A stretch of 63,844 nucleotides of DNA, counting the filler, from Corallochytrium limacisporum Hawaii (taxonomy: Eukaryota; Protista; Pluriformea): assembly GCA_002811645.1 (NCBI GenBank). It is 3 parts of 3 records of this genome, joined end to end, with 100 filler letters (N's around TTAATTAATTAA, not from the genome) between each part and the next. Parts side by side here need not be neighbours in the genome. Positions count along the whole stretch, not along the records: positions 41,120 to 63,844 come from PDIP01000254.1; 2 more parts are not named here. One strand, 5' to 3'. Below the pieces are notes generated by a model that saw only the letters and a program-made list of their open reading frames with translations, was not told where the DNA came from and did no database searches. Positions within the stretch are counted from its first letter, which is position 1. Each line of letters begins with the position of its first letter. The position numbers were made by a program, and so were the translations under genes. Positions 63,560-63,844 of this stretch are shown in pieces.

Positions 63560-63844
63560 TGCGCTTTATGTGTGTTTTGAGATTTAGACTATTTGGGAAG
63601 TCAGTCACATTCTTTATACTCGCAGTTCTTTCCGCGCCTTCCACAGGTCCATTATCACCTATCCAAGAACACACATAACACAATAATATTTTGAACCACG
63701 TCCAGATGATTCTATAGATACTTTCCAGATCTTCTGCCTTCCCAATTCAAATAGATTCGCATCGTTCAGGGACGCCTCACACCCCGCCAACTGAACCCCG
63801 CCCGTCCTCCCCGCCGCCTCCGCCACCTTCGCCACCTCCCCCCC

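Noticed and set aside
1-63844. tRNA, snRNA, rRNA or CRISPR arrays
   Set aside because: No T-loop cloverleaf, U-snRNA signature or repeat-spacer array found by eye. Infernal and tRNAscan-SE on the intergenic regions would be needed to exclude divergent ncRNAs.

Overview
Eukaryotic nuclear DNA made of three contigs joined by artificial 100-nt spacers (44 N + TTAATTAATTAA + 44 N, at 16989-17088 and 41020-41119). It holds about 20 protein genes, each readable as one uninterrupted ORF, including a 7.5-kb CBP/p300. Gene content is holozoan-like (CBP with KIX, PA28gamma, ACADL, HDAC3, EF-hand LETM1). Together with the lack of introns this suggests an intron-poor unicellular relative of animals such as Corallochytrium (inference, not verified). 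Genes: CBP/p300, SF1/BBP, SWI3/SMARCC, kexin/furin, DNPEP, NPRL3, PSME3, ACADL, HDAC3, SfsA-like nuclease, SDR, EXOC6/Sec15, LETM1, CLC-3/4/5, Mit_KHE1, NDUFAF3, TAF11, and three poorly characterised proteins. The main leads are: (1) an 804-aa protein with SYCP2/Red1/Rec10-like meiotic axis architecture; (2) a three-part lipid enzyme fusion (Mpo1/DUF962-like + Fe-cupin-like + PEMT); (3) a (TTAGGG)n contig end next to a prokaryote-type SfsA and an SDR, with almost no subtelomere; (4) a dispersed repeat terminus seen twice and followed by GTAC, probably a transposon end; (5) an NCBD-like tail, a TP-motif cluster and repeated helical hairpins in CBP. All assignments come from motif recognition by eye; no database searches were run.
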